64,000 nucleotides of DNA from Escherichia coli (lineage in GTDB: Bacteria > Pseudomonadota > Gammaproteobacteria > Enterobacterales > Enterobacteriaceae), in assembly GCF_048403405.1 (NCBI RefSeq), contig NZ_CP183129.1. One strand, 5' to 3'. Positions 39,669 to 50,170 of this stretch are shown here, piece by piece (position 1 is the stretch's first letter; each line of letters opens with the position of its first letter). Under the pieces are notes generated by a model. The model was not told where the DNA came from, did not search any database, and was given only the letters and a program-made list of their open reading frames with translations. Made by a program: the position numbers and the translations under genes.

Positions 39669-39691
39669 AACGCGTACCCTGGGTACGCGTT
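39669..39691 (+). terminator. Palindromic hairpin in the pyrG-eno spacer (partial terminator or processing site)
   Basis: aacgcgtaccc t gggtacgcgtt, 11-nt perfect arms, followed by gtttgt (weak U run). Confidence 0.4.
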
Positions 39692-39721
39692 GTTTGTCTG
39701 GAGTTTCAGTTTAACTAGTGA

Positions 39722-41035
<1,314 letters not shown>

Positions 41036-41060
41036 GTCTGACTTTATCTGATTTAAAAAT

Positions 41061-41085
41061 GCCAGCCTTCGGGCTGGCATTTTTT
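41061..41085. terminator. Bidirectional intrinsic terminator between convergent eno and ygcG
   Basis: gccagcc ttcg ggctggc hairpin flanked by A-rich run upstream and T run downstream (T/U run on both strands). Confidence 0.8.
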
Positions 41086-41094
41086 ATGGTTGAG

Positions 41095-41967
41095 TTACCA
41101 GCGACCGGACGCGCCGCCACCGCCAGAAGAACCGCCCCCGCCGCTAAATCCGCCGCCACTTGAGCCGCCACCGGAACCGCTGTTGTCTGAATGATAACTT
41201 CTACCAGATGCTTTTTTCTGAAGTACACATAAACAGGTAAAGACCATAATGGTGGTGAAAGTAAAAAAGAAGAAAAATACAGCAATGGAAAAAGTTTTAT
41301 CGGAGAACAGGAATAAATCTAAAAGATAGATTGCTGAAATACAGACACTGCTTTTACATGCGCGACAAAAATTACTGCCTTGATGAAAAAACCAGAAAGG
41401 GAAGAACATCACTGCAAATACCCAAAAAATAGCAAAGTAGTAATGATCGCTGGAAGACGCTGATTCACTTTCTGAAGGATTAGCCGAATATTGGTGTTGT
41501 GAAGTGAGTTGGTTATTCAAAGCGATTATAGCTAACTCTAATCCCTTAGCTAATTTTTGTTGTTTAAATGCGGGTATCATGTTGCTACGGATGATATCTC
41601 CAGCCAGAGCATCGGTTACCTTTTCTTCCAGCCCATAACCTACCTGGATGCGGACAGTACGATCCGACCAGGCAACAATGATCAGTATCCCATCATTGCG
41701 TTTGGCATCTCCTAAACGCCAATTGTTAAAAACCCTTGTAGCATATTGTTCAATTGTCTCGTCTTTGGTTGTGGGAATAATTAATACAGCAATTTGTACT
41801 TGGGTATTATTGAAAATAGATTCTAACTTCCGCGTCAGTTCTTTCTTTTCTTGTGAGTTTAAGCTACTCGTAAGATCCGTAACTTGTTGCTGTAATTGTG
41901 GGACAATAGTTGGTTGGGCTGCAACAAAGGAACACACGAATGTGAATATTAGTATGAAATAGCGCAT
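41095..41967 (-). CDS. ygcG: TPM-domain (TLP18.3/Psb32/MOLO-1 phosphatase-like) membrane protein YgcG
   Basis: Signal peptide [21 protein letters not shown] domain, TM segment, Gly/Ser-rich C-terminal tail ([27 protein letters not shown]); start set at the ATG at 41967 (290 aa), the track start at 42012 is also an ATG; AT-rich coding sequence. Confidence 0.8.
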   Translation of the reverse strand: MRYFILIFTFVCSFVAAQPTIVPQLQQQVTDLTSSLNSQEKKELTRKLESIFNNTQVQIAVLIIPTTKDETIEQYATRVFNNWRLGDAKRNDGILIIVAWSDRTVRIQVGYGLEEKVTDALAGDIIRSNMIPAFKQQKLAKGLELAIIALNNQLTSQHQYSANPSESESASSSDHYYFAIFWVFAVMFFPFWFFHQGSNFCRACKSSVCISAIYLLDLFLFSDKTFSIAVFFFFFTFTTIMVFTCLCVLQKKASGRSYHSDNSGSGGGSSGGGFSGGGGSSGGGGASGRW

Positions 41968-42260
41968 TATAAATGTCCCATTAAAGCTGGATAAATAAAT
42001 TGACGGCGACATCGGTAATTTGAGATTCGTTATAATTAAAAACGAACACAGAAAAAATAAGTATAATTTTGGTGAATGTTTTTGACATGATTAAATCCAT
42101 TTGCTTTATTTATTTCTGACATAATACGTTACTCCCTTTTATTATTAACGATCTGTTTCTCATTTTTCTTTAAACCTGCCTGTAACAGAATGTTAATAAG
42201 ACATGATTGTTGCGGCAGGATCTGCAATAATTAACAATTATCCACTTCACAGAGAATGCT

Positions 42261-42932
42261 ATGCAGTACCCGATTAACGAGATGTTCCAGACCCTGCAAG
42301 GTGAGGGTTACTTTACCGGCGTCCCCGCCATTTTTATTCGTTTACAGGGATGCCCGGTTGGCTGTGCCTGGTGCGACACCAAACACACCTGGGAAAAGCT
42401 TGAGGATCGGGAAGTCTCCCTTTTCAGCATTCTGGCGAAGACCAAAGAGAGTGATAAGTGGGGGGCGGCGAGCAGTGAAGACTTGCTGGCTGTCATTGGT
42501 CGCCAGGGATACACCGCGCGGCATGTGGTGATTACGGGTGGTGAGCCTTGCATTCATGATTTGCTGCCACTGACTGACCTGCTCGAAAAGAACGGTTTTA
42601 GCTGCCAGATCGAAACCAGTGGTACTCATGAAGTACGCTGCACACCGAATACCTGGGTTACCGTATCGCCAAAGCTGAACATGCGCGGCGGCTATGAAGT
42701 GTTGTCACAGGCACTGGAGCGAGCCAACGAAATCAAGCATCCAGTGGGACGCGTGCGTGATATTGAAGCACTGGATGAACTACTGGCAACACTGACCGAT
42801 GATAAACCGCGAGTCATTGCGCTGCAGCCGATTAGCCAAAAGGAAGATGCTACTCGTTTATGTATCGATACGTGCATTGCGCGCAACTGGCGTTTGTCGA
42901 TGCAAACACATAAATATTTAAATATTGCCTGA
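42261..42932 (+). CDS. queE: 7-carboxy-7-deazaguanine synthase (radical SAM)
   Basis: 223 aa MQYPINEMFQTLQGEGYFTGVPAIFIRLQGCPVGCAWCDTKHTW... (CxxxCxxC-variant radical SAM motif). Confidence 0.95.
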   Translation: MQYPINEMFQTLQGEGYFTGVPAIFIRLQGCPVGCAWCDTKHTWEKLEDREVSLFSILAKTKESDKWGAASSEDLLAVIGRQGYTARHVVITGGEPCIHDLLPLTDLLEKNGFSCQIETSGTHEVRCTPNTWVTVSPKLNMRGGYEVLSQALERANEIKHPVGRVRDIEALDELLATLTDDKPRVIALQPISQKEDATRLCIDTCIARNWRLSMQTHKYLNIA

Positions 42933-43069
42933 TTAAACATTTATAAGCGTTATAAATGGGTGGAACCTGTAAAGACTTCTACTCATTTATATTCTTTGTC
43001 GCCTCTAAAAAACCTCCATTTTGCCCATCCTGGACTAATCATTATCATTTTCTACAAATTCTGTGGTGT

Positions 43070-43270
43070 TAATTTTTCGTTGGAGTGAAAATTATTGCGG
43101 TGAAATTTGGTAGATTTTAGTTTGAATAGAGTTATTTTAAATATTTATCTTTTTAATCAATGGATTAAATGCTCTTTAACATAATGGATGTGTTGTTTGT
43201 GTGATCCTGTAAAGTTGGTAGATTGTGACTGGCTTAAAAAATCATTAATTAATAATAGGTTATGTTTAGA
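43070..43270 (+). promoter_or_regulatory. CRISPR leader (AT-rich, promoter and spacer-acquisition signals)
   Basis: About 200 bp AT-rich sequence ending ...aatcattaattaataataggttatgtttaga directly abutting the first repeat; degenerate repeats lie at the opposite end of the array, fixing polarity; left boundary approximate. Confidence 0.55.
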
Positions 43271-44031
43271 GTGTTCCCCGCGCCAGCGGGGATAAACCGC
43301 GTTCAGCGTTGCTGGGCTGCGCAATGGACTGGTGTTCCCCGCGCCAGCGGGGATAAACCGCGGAGTTTTCACGGAACGCACAGCGAATTATGGTGTTCCC
43401 CGCGCCAGCGGGGATAAACCGCCGATAAATTTTCGCCCCGTTTCCAGCGCCGCGTGTTCCCCGCGCCAGCGGGGATAAACCGTTCAAACTGTAGGGATCG
43501 GCAATGGTGCCGAAGTGTTCCCCGCGCCAGCGGGGATAAACCGGGGCATTAGAATAACTTAAATGGAAAAAGAAAGTGTTCCCCGCGCCAGCGGGGATAA
43601 ACCGTCAGCCAGCACATAATTTTTATAGTCAGTATTGTGTTCCCCGCGCCAGCGGGGATAAACCGAAAGAGGTTATCGAGCGATATAACGCGTCCATGTG
43701 TTCCCCGCGCCAGCGGGGATAAACCGGTGCCTGGCGTCCATCTATTCACATGCCGCGCGTGTTCCCCGCGCCAGCGGGGATAAACCGTATTGGCGACGAT
43801 GGCATACCAGGACTACTCCGTGTTCCCCGCGCCAGCGGGGATAAACCGGCTCAGCGTCTGCTCTGGTGCCTCGCCCGTGAGTGTTCCCCGCGCCAGCGGG
43901 GATAAACCGGACCGTTACGGGCGCGTTCTTGGACTTGTTGAGTGTTCCCCACATCAGCGGGGATAAACCGGACACAGAGCGCCGCTATAGCGCCTATGCC
44001 AAGAGTTTCCCGCACCAGCGGGAATAAACCA
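43271..44031 (+). CRISPR. Type I-E CRISPR array: 13 repeats of 29 bp, 12 spacers of 32 bp (the queE-ygcE array of E. coli)
   Basis: Repeat GTGTTCCCCGCGCCAGCGGGGATAAACCG at 43271, 43332, 43393, 43454, 43515, 43576, 43637, 43698, 43759, 43820, 43881, then degenerate copies at 43942 (gtgttccccacatcagcggggataaaccg) and 44003 (gagtttcccgcaccagcgggaataaacca); exact 61-bp period. Confidence 0.97.
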
Positions 44032-44500
44032 CCATATAACCCGTTATCTCTTTCTCAAGTTTTTATATTAGCTGTACTTGTAATAAGCAACATATCCACG
44101 TAACACCTCATGTTCAAAATAGTTCTCCATGTCAGAGAAGTTCACAATTATCGATACAAAAAATTAAATTTAATCAAAGTGTTATTTGTATGATTCTTAA
44201 ATCGTTAAGAAATTTTAATCTATTATTTTTTTAATATTGAATTAATGCCTGTTAATTTTTTCTTTAGAATAACAGTGTGTTTTTTAAGCTTGTTATTCAT
44301 TGATTAAGTAATAAATCTGGAAGTTTGTCTTTGTTTTGAGGCTAATGAGTGGTTTTACATAACCGTCTCTATAGGCTGTTGATGAATAGTTCTTATGAAT
44401 AAAGATATCCAGTTCATACTTTAAATGAAAATTGATAAAGTACGGTTTGCGTTGTCTTTTATTCTAAAGACATCGAGTGTAGTTAATATTCCTTGTAAAA

Positions 44501-44623
44501 ACAGGGATAAACCGAACTAGTTAAAGTTTTTATTATGTTCCCTGCATCAGCGGGGATAAACCGGACTTGTTATCATTTTTTAAGTTGTCGAACTTATGTT
44601 CCCCACGTCAGCGGGGATAACCA
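44501..44623 (+). CRISPR. Decayed satellite CRISPR array (truncated repeat, two degenerate repeats, one 32-bp spacer)
   Basis: Partial repeat cagggataaaccg (ends 44514), degenerate repeats atgttccctgcatcagcggggataaaccg (44535-44563) and atgttccccacgtcagcggggataacc (44596-44623) separated by a 32-bp spacer; preceded by about 470 bp of AT-rich leader-like sequence. Confidence 0.8.
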
Positions 44624-44669
44624 TTCAGGTATGTTCAGGCCGGGCAGTTTCCCGCCCGGTCTTCCTCAC

Positions 44670-46148
44670 TTACGCATTCGACCAGCTCTGGATCGAATCC
44701 GCATTCCCCAATTCCCCATGCATCACTTCATACGATTTTTTCAGGATTACATCAGTATGTTTGGTTAACTCCTTGAAAATGCCTTTATTCATCGCGTTGT
44801 AGCGTTTGGCGTTGCTCTCAACAGGCATAAAGATATCTTTCACGCGAACCATTTTGTCGACAGCCGTTGCGTAATCCGGGTATAGCCCCAGACCTACCGC
44901 CGTATTAATCGCTGCCCCCAGGCTTGCACAACCATTAATGGCGTTACGGCGTGCCGGAAGGTTGAACACGTCGGCAAAAATCTGCATAAACAGATCGCTG
45001 TTCGAACCGCCGCCAGTAATGATCACATGCTTTGCAAAGTGATTCATTTCATTACACATATTGTCGTAATTGTTCTTCAGCGTCAGCGCCACGCTTTCCA
45101 GTATCGAACGATATATCCATGCGTAATCCATGCTGGAATCAAAGCCAATCATAATCCCGCGTTTGTACGGTTCCCACGGATTGGTCAGCCAGTCCAGCAC
45201 CGTCATCAGACCATTACAGCCTGGCGGCACACAAGACGCTTTTTTGTTGAGCAAATCTTCCGGTGAAAGATCCTGTGCTTTGGCATCCTGAATTAACGAC
45301 TCGCCTAACATGTCGCGTAGCCAGCTCACCGTCCACATGCCTTTGCGAATACCGTAACCTTCATACAGCAAGGTTTGCGGAATAGAAGACATAATCGGCC
45401 AGTACGCTACCGGATCTTTCGGTAGTAATTTGCCGTTCATCATCAACGCGATGTAAGTGCCAAGAGAAATTACCGCAGTTTCATCATCCAGTAACCCGGC
45501 TCCCAGTGCTTCTACCGGTTTATCACTGGTGGTACAAACAACCGGCAGCCCAGCCGGGAAATGTGTCGCCAGCGCGGCTTGAGGAGTGATATGCCCAAGA
45601 ACAGTGCCCGGCATTTGCACATCAAACAGCATATGACGGGGGATATTAAACTTCTCCATGACTGCGGCATCTTCACTCCATGCCCAGGTCTTATAATCCA
45701 CCGGCCACTGACCAAAATAGTTGGCGATATTGTCTTTAAACTCGCCGGTTAAGCGATGCGTCAGATAACCCGAAAAAGAGGTGACATATGCCACGTCAGG
45801 ATTCGTATGTTCGTAAGGGCGTGTAACGCGTGCATCCTGCCAGCTAATCAACGGCGCAGCTGGCGTGCCATCGGCTTTCAATAACGCACGGCAGCAACGG
45901 ATGGATCCCAGACCAATACCGACAATATCTTCTTTATTTCCGGCAAACTGACTCATCAAATCGTGACCGGCAAAGCATAATGATGCCCATAAATCGTCGT
46001 CAGGATGTTCTGCGGTATCGGCATCTGGCGTGTGCATCGGCTGCAATAAGCCTTTGCCTTCGCAAACCACATTACCTTCCAGATCGTACATCACCACTTT
46101 TGTGCTCTGACTTCCACCATCAATCCCTATGATGTATTTTTTCGACAT
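44670..46148 (-). CDS. ygcE: FGGY-family carbohydrate kinase (uncharacterised substrate)
   Basis: 492 aa MSKKYIIGIDGGSQSTKVVMYDLEGN...; FGGY sugar kinase fold; matches YgcE. Confidence 0.88.
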   Translation of the reverse strand: MSKKYIIGIDGGSQSTKVVMYDLEGNVVCEGKGLLQPMHTPDADTAEHPDDDLWASLCFAGHDLMSQFAGNKEDIVGIGLGSIRCCRALLKADGTPAAPLISWQDARVTRPYEHTNPDVAYVTSFSGYLTHRLTGEFKDNIANYFGQWPVDYKTWAWSEDAAVMEKFNIPRHMLFDVQMPGTVLGHITPQAALATHFPAGLPVVCTTSDKPVEALGAGLLDDETAVISLGTYIALMMNGKLLPKDPVAYWPIMSSIPQTLLYEGYGIRKGMWTVSWLRDMLGESLIQDAKAQDLSPEDLLNKKASCVPPGCNGLMTVLDWLTNPWEPYKRGIMIGFDSSMDYAWIYRSILESVALTLKNNYDNMCNEMNHFAKHVIITGGGSNSDLFMQIFADVFNLPARRNAINGCASLGAAINTAVGLGLYPDYATAVDKMVRVKDIFMPVESNAKRYNAMNKGIFKELTKHTDVILKKSYEVMHGELGNADSIQSWSNA

Positions 46149-46174
46149 GATTTTTCTCCTGTAATTTTCTGGAC

Positions 46175-47452
46175 TTACTTGCTGCTAGCCATAGCAGGGG
46201 CGCTATCAGCAGTACGAATTTTTTGGAACAGCAAAAAGGTAAAGACGATCACCATGGCAAGCGCCGCCATGCCCATCAGCCACATATTGCGGTAGGCTTC
46301 TGCAGCGGGCAGGGTGTCTTGCCAGTAGCCGATAATCGGGTAAACGAAGACATCCGGCAGGAATCCAATCACCGAACAAATACCTACCGTGGTGCCCATA
46401 ATGTAAGACGGTGTTCTCGCTTCGCCAGGGCAGGCCCAGTACAGCCCGCGTGAGGCGTAACAGGTGAATCCCAGCAGTAAAATCAGGCCAATCCCCATCG
46501 CGACCGATTGCGGGTTAGAGTTCGTGACGAGCAGGGCAGTTAACGCCAGCAAGCCGAGTACGGAAAGGATTTGGATCACGCGGGTAGGGGATTTCACTTT
46601 GCTGTAGGTGGAGATAATGCCACCAAGTGGGCCGCACAGTGCGCGGAAGATTTTGTTGATCACAATCCCCATGTAGCTCGCCGCCACCAGCGACATGCCG
46701 TACATTTCGGTCAGATAGTTGGTGGAGTAACTCAGAATGGCGTAGATGGTGAAGACACCAAAAATCACCATGCTGCAATACCAGGTGGTGCTGATGCGCA
46801 AAACAGCCAGGATGTCGCTAAGCTGGAATGACTGTTTTTCTTCGTTATTGGTATTGCGCAGGTTGTTGTTATCGCTAACAAAAAACCAACACAAAATGCC
46901 CAGCAGAATGTAAACCACACTATAGATAATAATGACCGTTTTCAGGCTGGCGCTGTCATCCGGTGCAAAGCGAGAAAAGACCCACATGGTAAACACCGCC
47001 AGCGACATTACACCGACGCCGCGCAGCCCTTCCATCCAGCCCATAATTTTCCCTTGCTCGCTATGATCGCCCAGCAACGAGGCGGCTTTAATCGACACCG
47101 ACCACAGCATTAAAATCGTCGTTATCGCAAAGGCGACCTGAATACAGAGCATTACCCACAGCGGTGGATATGTTGCCATTAACAGACCCAGTAATCCGGT
47201 AATGATCATCGCGGAAGTAATCATTTTGCGGTGTGAAAATTTATCGGCAATAACGCCGCTGGGGGCATAAAGAATAATAGCCGCAATACCAAAGGTACTC
47301 ATTATTAAACCTATCTCGGTATTGCTGAATCCCATAAATTTCGCCATGGGAATTTGATAAATATAACGTAAATAAGCCAGGTCGAAACTAACGCCGCCGC
47401 TAAAACTAATTATCGCGAGGGTTATCCAACGGCGATATGAGTTGTGTTGCAT
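46175..47452 (-). CDS. yqcE: MFS transporter (uncharacterised)
   Basis: 425 aa, 12 predicted TM helices; matches YqcE. Confidence 0.88.
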   Translation of the reverse strand: MQHNSYRRWITLAIISFSGGVSFDLAYLRYIYQIPMAKFMGFSNTEIGLIMSTFGIAAIILYAPSGVIADKFSHRKMITSAMIITGLLGLLMATYPPLWVMLCIQVAFAITTILMLWSVSIKAASLLGDHSEQGKIMGWMEGLRGVGVMSLAVFTMWVFSRFAPDDSASLKTVIIIYSVVYILLGILCWFFVSDNNNLRNTNNEEKQSFQLSDILAVLRISTTWYCSMVIFGVFTIYAILSYSTNYLTEMYGMSLVAASYMGIVINKIFRALCGPLGGIISTYSKVKSPTRVIQILSVLGLLALTALLVTNSNPQSVAMGIGLILLLGFTCYASRGLYWACPGEARTPSYIMGTTVGICSVIGFLPDVFVYPIIGYWQDTLPAAEAYRNMWLMGMAALAMVIVFTFLLFQKIRTADSAPAMASSK

Positions 47453-47629
47453 ATCGTATTCCCATTTGTAATAGACAAAAAAAGAGAAAAGTAAGCCGCC
47501 CTTTCAGGTGGATTACTTTTCTCAGGTCTCTAGTAATTGCAATAAGAAATAACATGGAAAGTAGTGGTGTTGTGTGAGAGTAATCACGCTTCTGCTTTTT
47601 AAAATTATTTGACAATTCGAATATCACAC

Positions 47630-47645
47630 TGTGATTACGATCACA
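47630..47645. promoter_or_regulatory. Consensus CRP binding site upstream of ygcW
   Basis: TGTGAttacgaTCACA, perfect match to both CRP half-sites, centred about 130 bp upstream of the ygcW start; candidate -10 (tatgat / gataaa, 47662-47670) places it near a class II position. Confidence 0.65.
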
Positions 47646-47698
47646 TTAGCGATTATGCCCTTATGATAAAAATTATCTCCAGTTACCAGAGATAATGA

Positions 47699-47743
47699 GA
47701 AAGGTAACTTCCCTCTCGCGGGGGAAGTTACCTTTCTTTTTTT
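47699..47743 (+). terminator. Strong intrinsic terminator inside the ygcW 5' leader (candidate antitermination target)
   Basis: Perfect 15-bp stem gaaaggtaacttccc / gggaagttacctttc (47699-47713 and 47722-47736), 8-nt loop, then TTTTTTT (47737-47743), ending 24 nt before the ygcW ATG. Confidence 0.75.
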
Positions 47744-47767
47744 GCCTTACGGAAATTGGAGCTAACT

Positions 47768-48553
47768 ATGTCAATCGAATCTCTCAATGCGTTCTCAATG
47801 GATTTTTTCTCCCTGAAAGGTAAAACCGCAATTGTTACCGGCGGGAATAGCGGTTTAGGCCAGGCATTTGCCATGGCGCTGGCCAAAGCAGGCGCAAATA
47901 TCTTTATTCCAAGCTTCGTTAAAGATAACGGCGAAACAAAGGAAATGATTGAAAAACAGGGTGTTGAGGTGGACTTCATGCAGGTGGATATCACCGCAGA
48001 AGGCGCGCCGCAGAAGATAATCGCCGCCTGTTGCGAACGTTTCGGTACCGTCGATATTCTGATTAACAATGCCGGTATTTGTAAGCTGAATAAGGTGCTG
48101 GACTTCGGTCGTGCCGACTGGGACCCGATGATTGATGTGAACCTGACCGCCGCATTCGAGTTAAGCTATGAAGCTGCAAAAATTATGATCCCGCAGAAAA
48201 GCGGTAAAATCATTAATATCTGTTCATTATTCTCTTACTTAGGTGGACAATGGTCACCTGCATATTCTGCCACTAAACATGCTCTTGCCGGGTTCACCAA
48301 AGCTTATTGTGATGAACTAGGTCAATATAATATTCAGGTAAATGGTATTGCTCCGGGATATTACGCTACCGATATCACTCTGGCGACCCGTAGTAATCCA
48401 GAAACTAACCAGCGCGTTCTTGATCATATTCCGGCAAACCGTTGGGGCGATACTCAGGATTTAATGGGCGCAGCCGTATTCCTCGCAAGTCCGGCATCGA
48501 ATTATGTCAACGGACATTTATTAGTGGTTGATGGCGGTTATTTAGTGCGCTAA
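47768..48553 (+). CDS. ygcW: Short-chain dehydrogenase/reductase (SDR), uncharacterised
   Basis: Start at ATG 47768 (MSIESLNAF..., RBS ggag 7 nt upstream); NAD(P)-binding motif TGGNSGLG and catalytic YxxxK (YSATK); track start is an upstream TTG. Confidence 0.88.
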   Translation: MSIESLNAFSMDFFSLKGKTAIVTGGNSGLGQAFAMALAKAGANIFIPSFVKDNGETKEMIEKQGVEVDFMQVDITAEGAPQKIIAACCERFGTVDILINNAGICKLNKVLDFGRADWDPMIDVNLTAAFELSYEAAKIMIPQKSGKIINICSLFSYLGGQWSPAYSATKHALAGFTKAYCDELGQYNIQVNGIAPGYYATDITLATRSNPETNQRVLDHIPANRWGDTQDLMGAAVFLASPASNYVNGHLLVVDGGYLVR

Positions 48554-48622
48554 TCCATAACGGTGGTTTCTGTTTTCTCTTATTAATGATTATTCCATTT
48601 TTATTATCAGGAAGGAATTACT

Positions 48623-50077
48623 ATGTCTTTATCTCGCGCAGCGATTGTCGACCAGCTAAAGGAAATTGTTGGTGCAGATCGCGTAATTACCGATGAAACA
48701 GTATTAAAGAAGAACAGTATTGACCGTTTTCGCAAATTTCCGGATATTCATGGCATTTATACTTTGCCGATTCCGGCAGCGGTCGTAAAACTCGGTTCCA
48801 CAGAACAAGTATCCCGTGTGCTGAATTTTATGAATGCGCACAAAATTAACGGTGTGCCGCGTACCGGTGCTTCCGCTACCGAAGGTGGGCTGGAAACCGT
48901 TGTGGAAAACTCGGTGGTGCTCGACGGCTCTGCCATGAATCAAATCATTAATATTGATATTGAGAATATGCAGGCCACGGCGCAATGCGGAGTTCCGCTG
49001 GAAGTGCTGGAAAACGCGTTGCGTGAAAAAGGTTACACCACGGGGCATTCTCCGCAGTCAAAGCCGCTGGCGCAGATGGGCGGCCTGGTAGCAACCCGCA
49101 GTATCGGGCAGTTCTCCACACTCTACGGCGCAATCGAAGATATGGTCGTTGGTCTGGAAGCAGTATTGGCTGATGGCACCGTAACACGCATTAAAAACGT
49201 ACCACGCCGCGCGGCAGGCCCGGACATTCGTCACATCATCATCGGCAACGAAGGTGCATTGTGCTATATCACTGAAGTAACAGTGAAAATCTTTAAGTTC
49301 ACCCCGGAAAACAACCTCTTCTACGGCTATATCCTGGAAGACATGAAAACCGGCTTCAACATCCTGCGTGAAATCATGGTGGAAGGGTATCGTCCGTCGA
49401 TCGCTCGTTTGTATGACGCTGAAGATGGCACCCAACACTTCACCCATTTTGCCGACGGAAAATGCGTGCTGATCTTTATGGCTGAAGGTAACCCTCGCAT
49501 TGCGAAGGCGACGGGCGAAGGGATTGCTGAAATCGTGGCACGTTACCCGCAATGCCAGCGAGTGGACAGCAAGCTGATCGAAACCTGGTTTAACAACCTG
49601 AACTGGGGACCGGATAAAGTAGCTGCCGAACGTGTGCAGATCCTCAAAACCGGCAACATGGGCTTTACCACCGAAGTGTCCGGCTGCTGGAGCTGCATTC
49701 ACGAAATCTACGAAAGCGTTATTAACCGTATTCGTACCGAGTTCCCGCACGCCGACGACATCACCATGCTGGGCGGTCACTCCTCTCATAGCTATCAGAA
49801 CGGCACCAACATGTACTTCGTCTACGACTACAACGTCGTTGACTGTAAGCCGGAAGAGGAAATCGACAAGTACCACAATCCGCTCAACAAAATCATCTGC
49901 GAAGAAACCATTCGCCTCGGTGGTTCGATGGTGCACCACCACGGCATTGGTAAACATCGCGTTCACTGGAGCAAGCTGGAACACGGCAGCGCGTGGGCGT
50001 TGCTGGAAGGGCTGAAAAAGCAGTTCGATCCTAACGGCATTATGAATACGGGTACTATCTATCCGATTGAAAAATAA
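48623..50077 (+). CDS. ygcU: FAD-linked oxidase (alkyldihydroxyacetonephosphate-synthase / D-lactate dehydrogenase-like)
   Basis: 484 aa; FAD-binding PCMH-type domain; matches YgcU. Confidence 0.88.
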   Translation: MSLSRAAIVDQLKEIVGADRVITDETVLKKNSIDRFRKFPDIHGIYTLPIPAAVVKLGSTEQVSRVLNFMNAHKINGVPRTGASATEGGLETVVENSVVLDGSAMNQIINIDIENMQATAQCGVPLEVLENALREKGYTTGHSPQSKPLAQMGGLVATRSIGQFSTLYGAIEDMVVGLEAVLADGTVTRIKNVPRRAAGPDIRHIIIGNEGALCYITEVTVKIFKFTPENNLFYGYILEDMKTGFNILREIMVEGYRPSIARLYDAEDGTQHFTHFADGKCVLIFMAEGNPRIAKATGEGIAEIVARYPQCQRVDSKLIETWFNNLNWGPDKVAAERVQILKTGNMGFTTEVSGCWSCIHEIYESVINRIRTEFPHADDITMLGGHSSHSYQNGTNMYFVYDYNVVDCKPEEEIDKYHNPLNKIICEETIRLGGSMVHHHGIGKHRVHWSKLEHGSAWALLEGLKKQFDPNGIMNTGTIYPIEK

Positions 50078-50170
50078 TGTGTCAGGCAGCGTTCCGCGAT
50101 GACGGAGCGTTGCCTTTTCGGCTTCTCAGGCGAGAAGCCGTTCTTATTACCGGACAATGAAGGGGTAAAG

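Noticed and set aside
43157-43975. Four overlapping minus-strand ORFs with recurring peptide FIPAGAGNT / VYPRWRGEH
   Set aside because: Translations of the CRISPR repeats; the periodic peptide repeat is the 61-bp array period
44032-44500. Possible small protein genes (12-19 codons) in the AT-rich block between the two arrays
   Set aside because: Several short ATG-initiated frames exist but none has a convincing RBS or conserved-looking sequence; treated as leader-like non-coding DNA
44535-44802. 77-aa and 68-aa plus-strand ORFs after the main array
   Set aside because: Begin inside the degenerate CRISPR repeats and run into the antisense of the ygcE 3' end
49058-49984. 308-aa minus-strand ORF
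   Set aside because: Antisense to ygcU, no independent support
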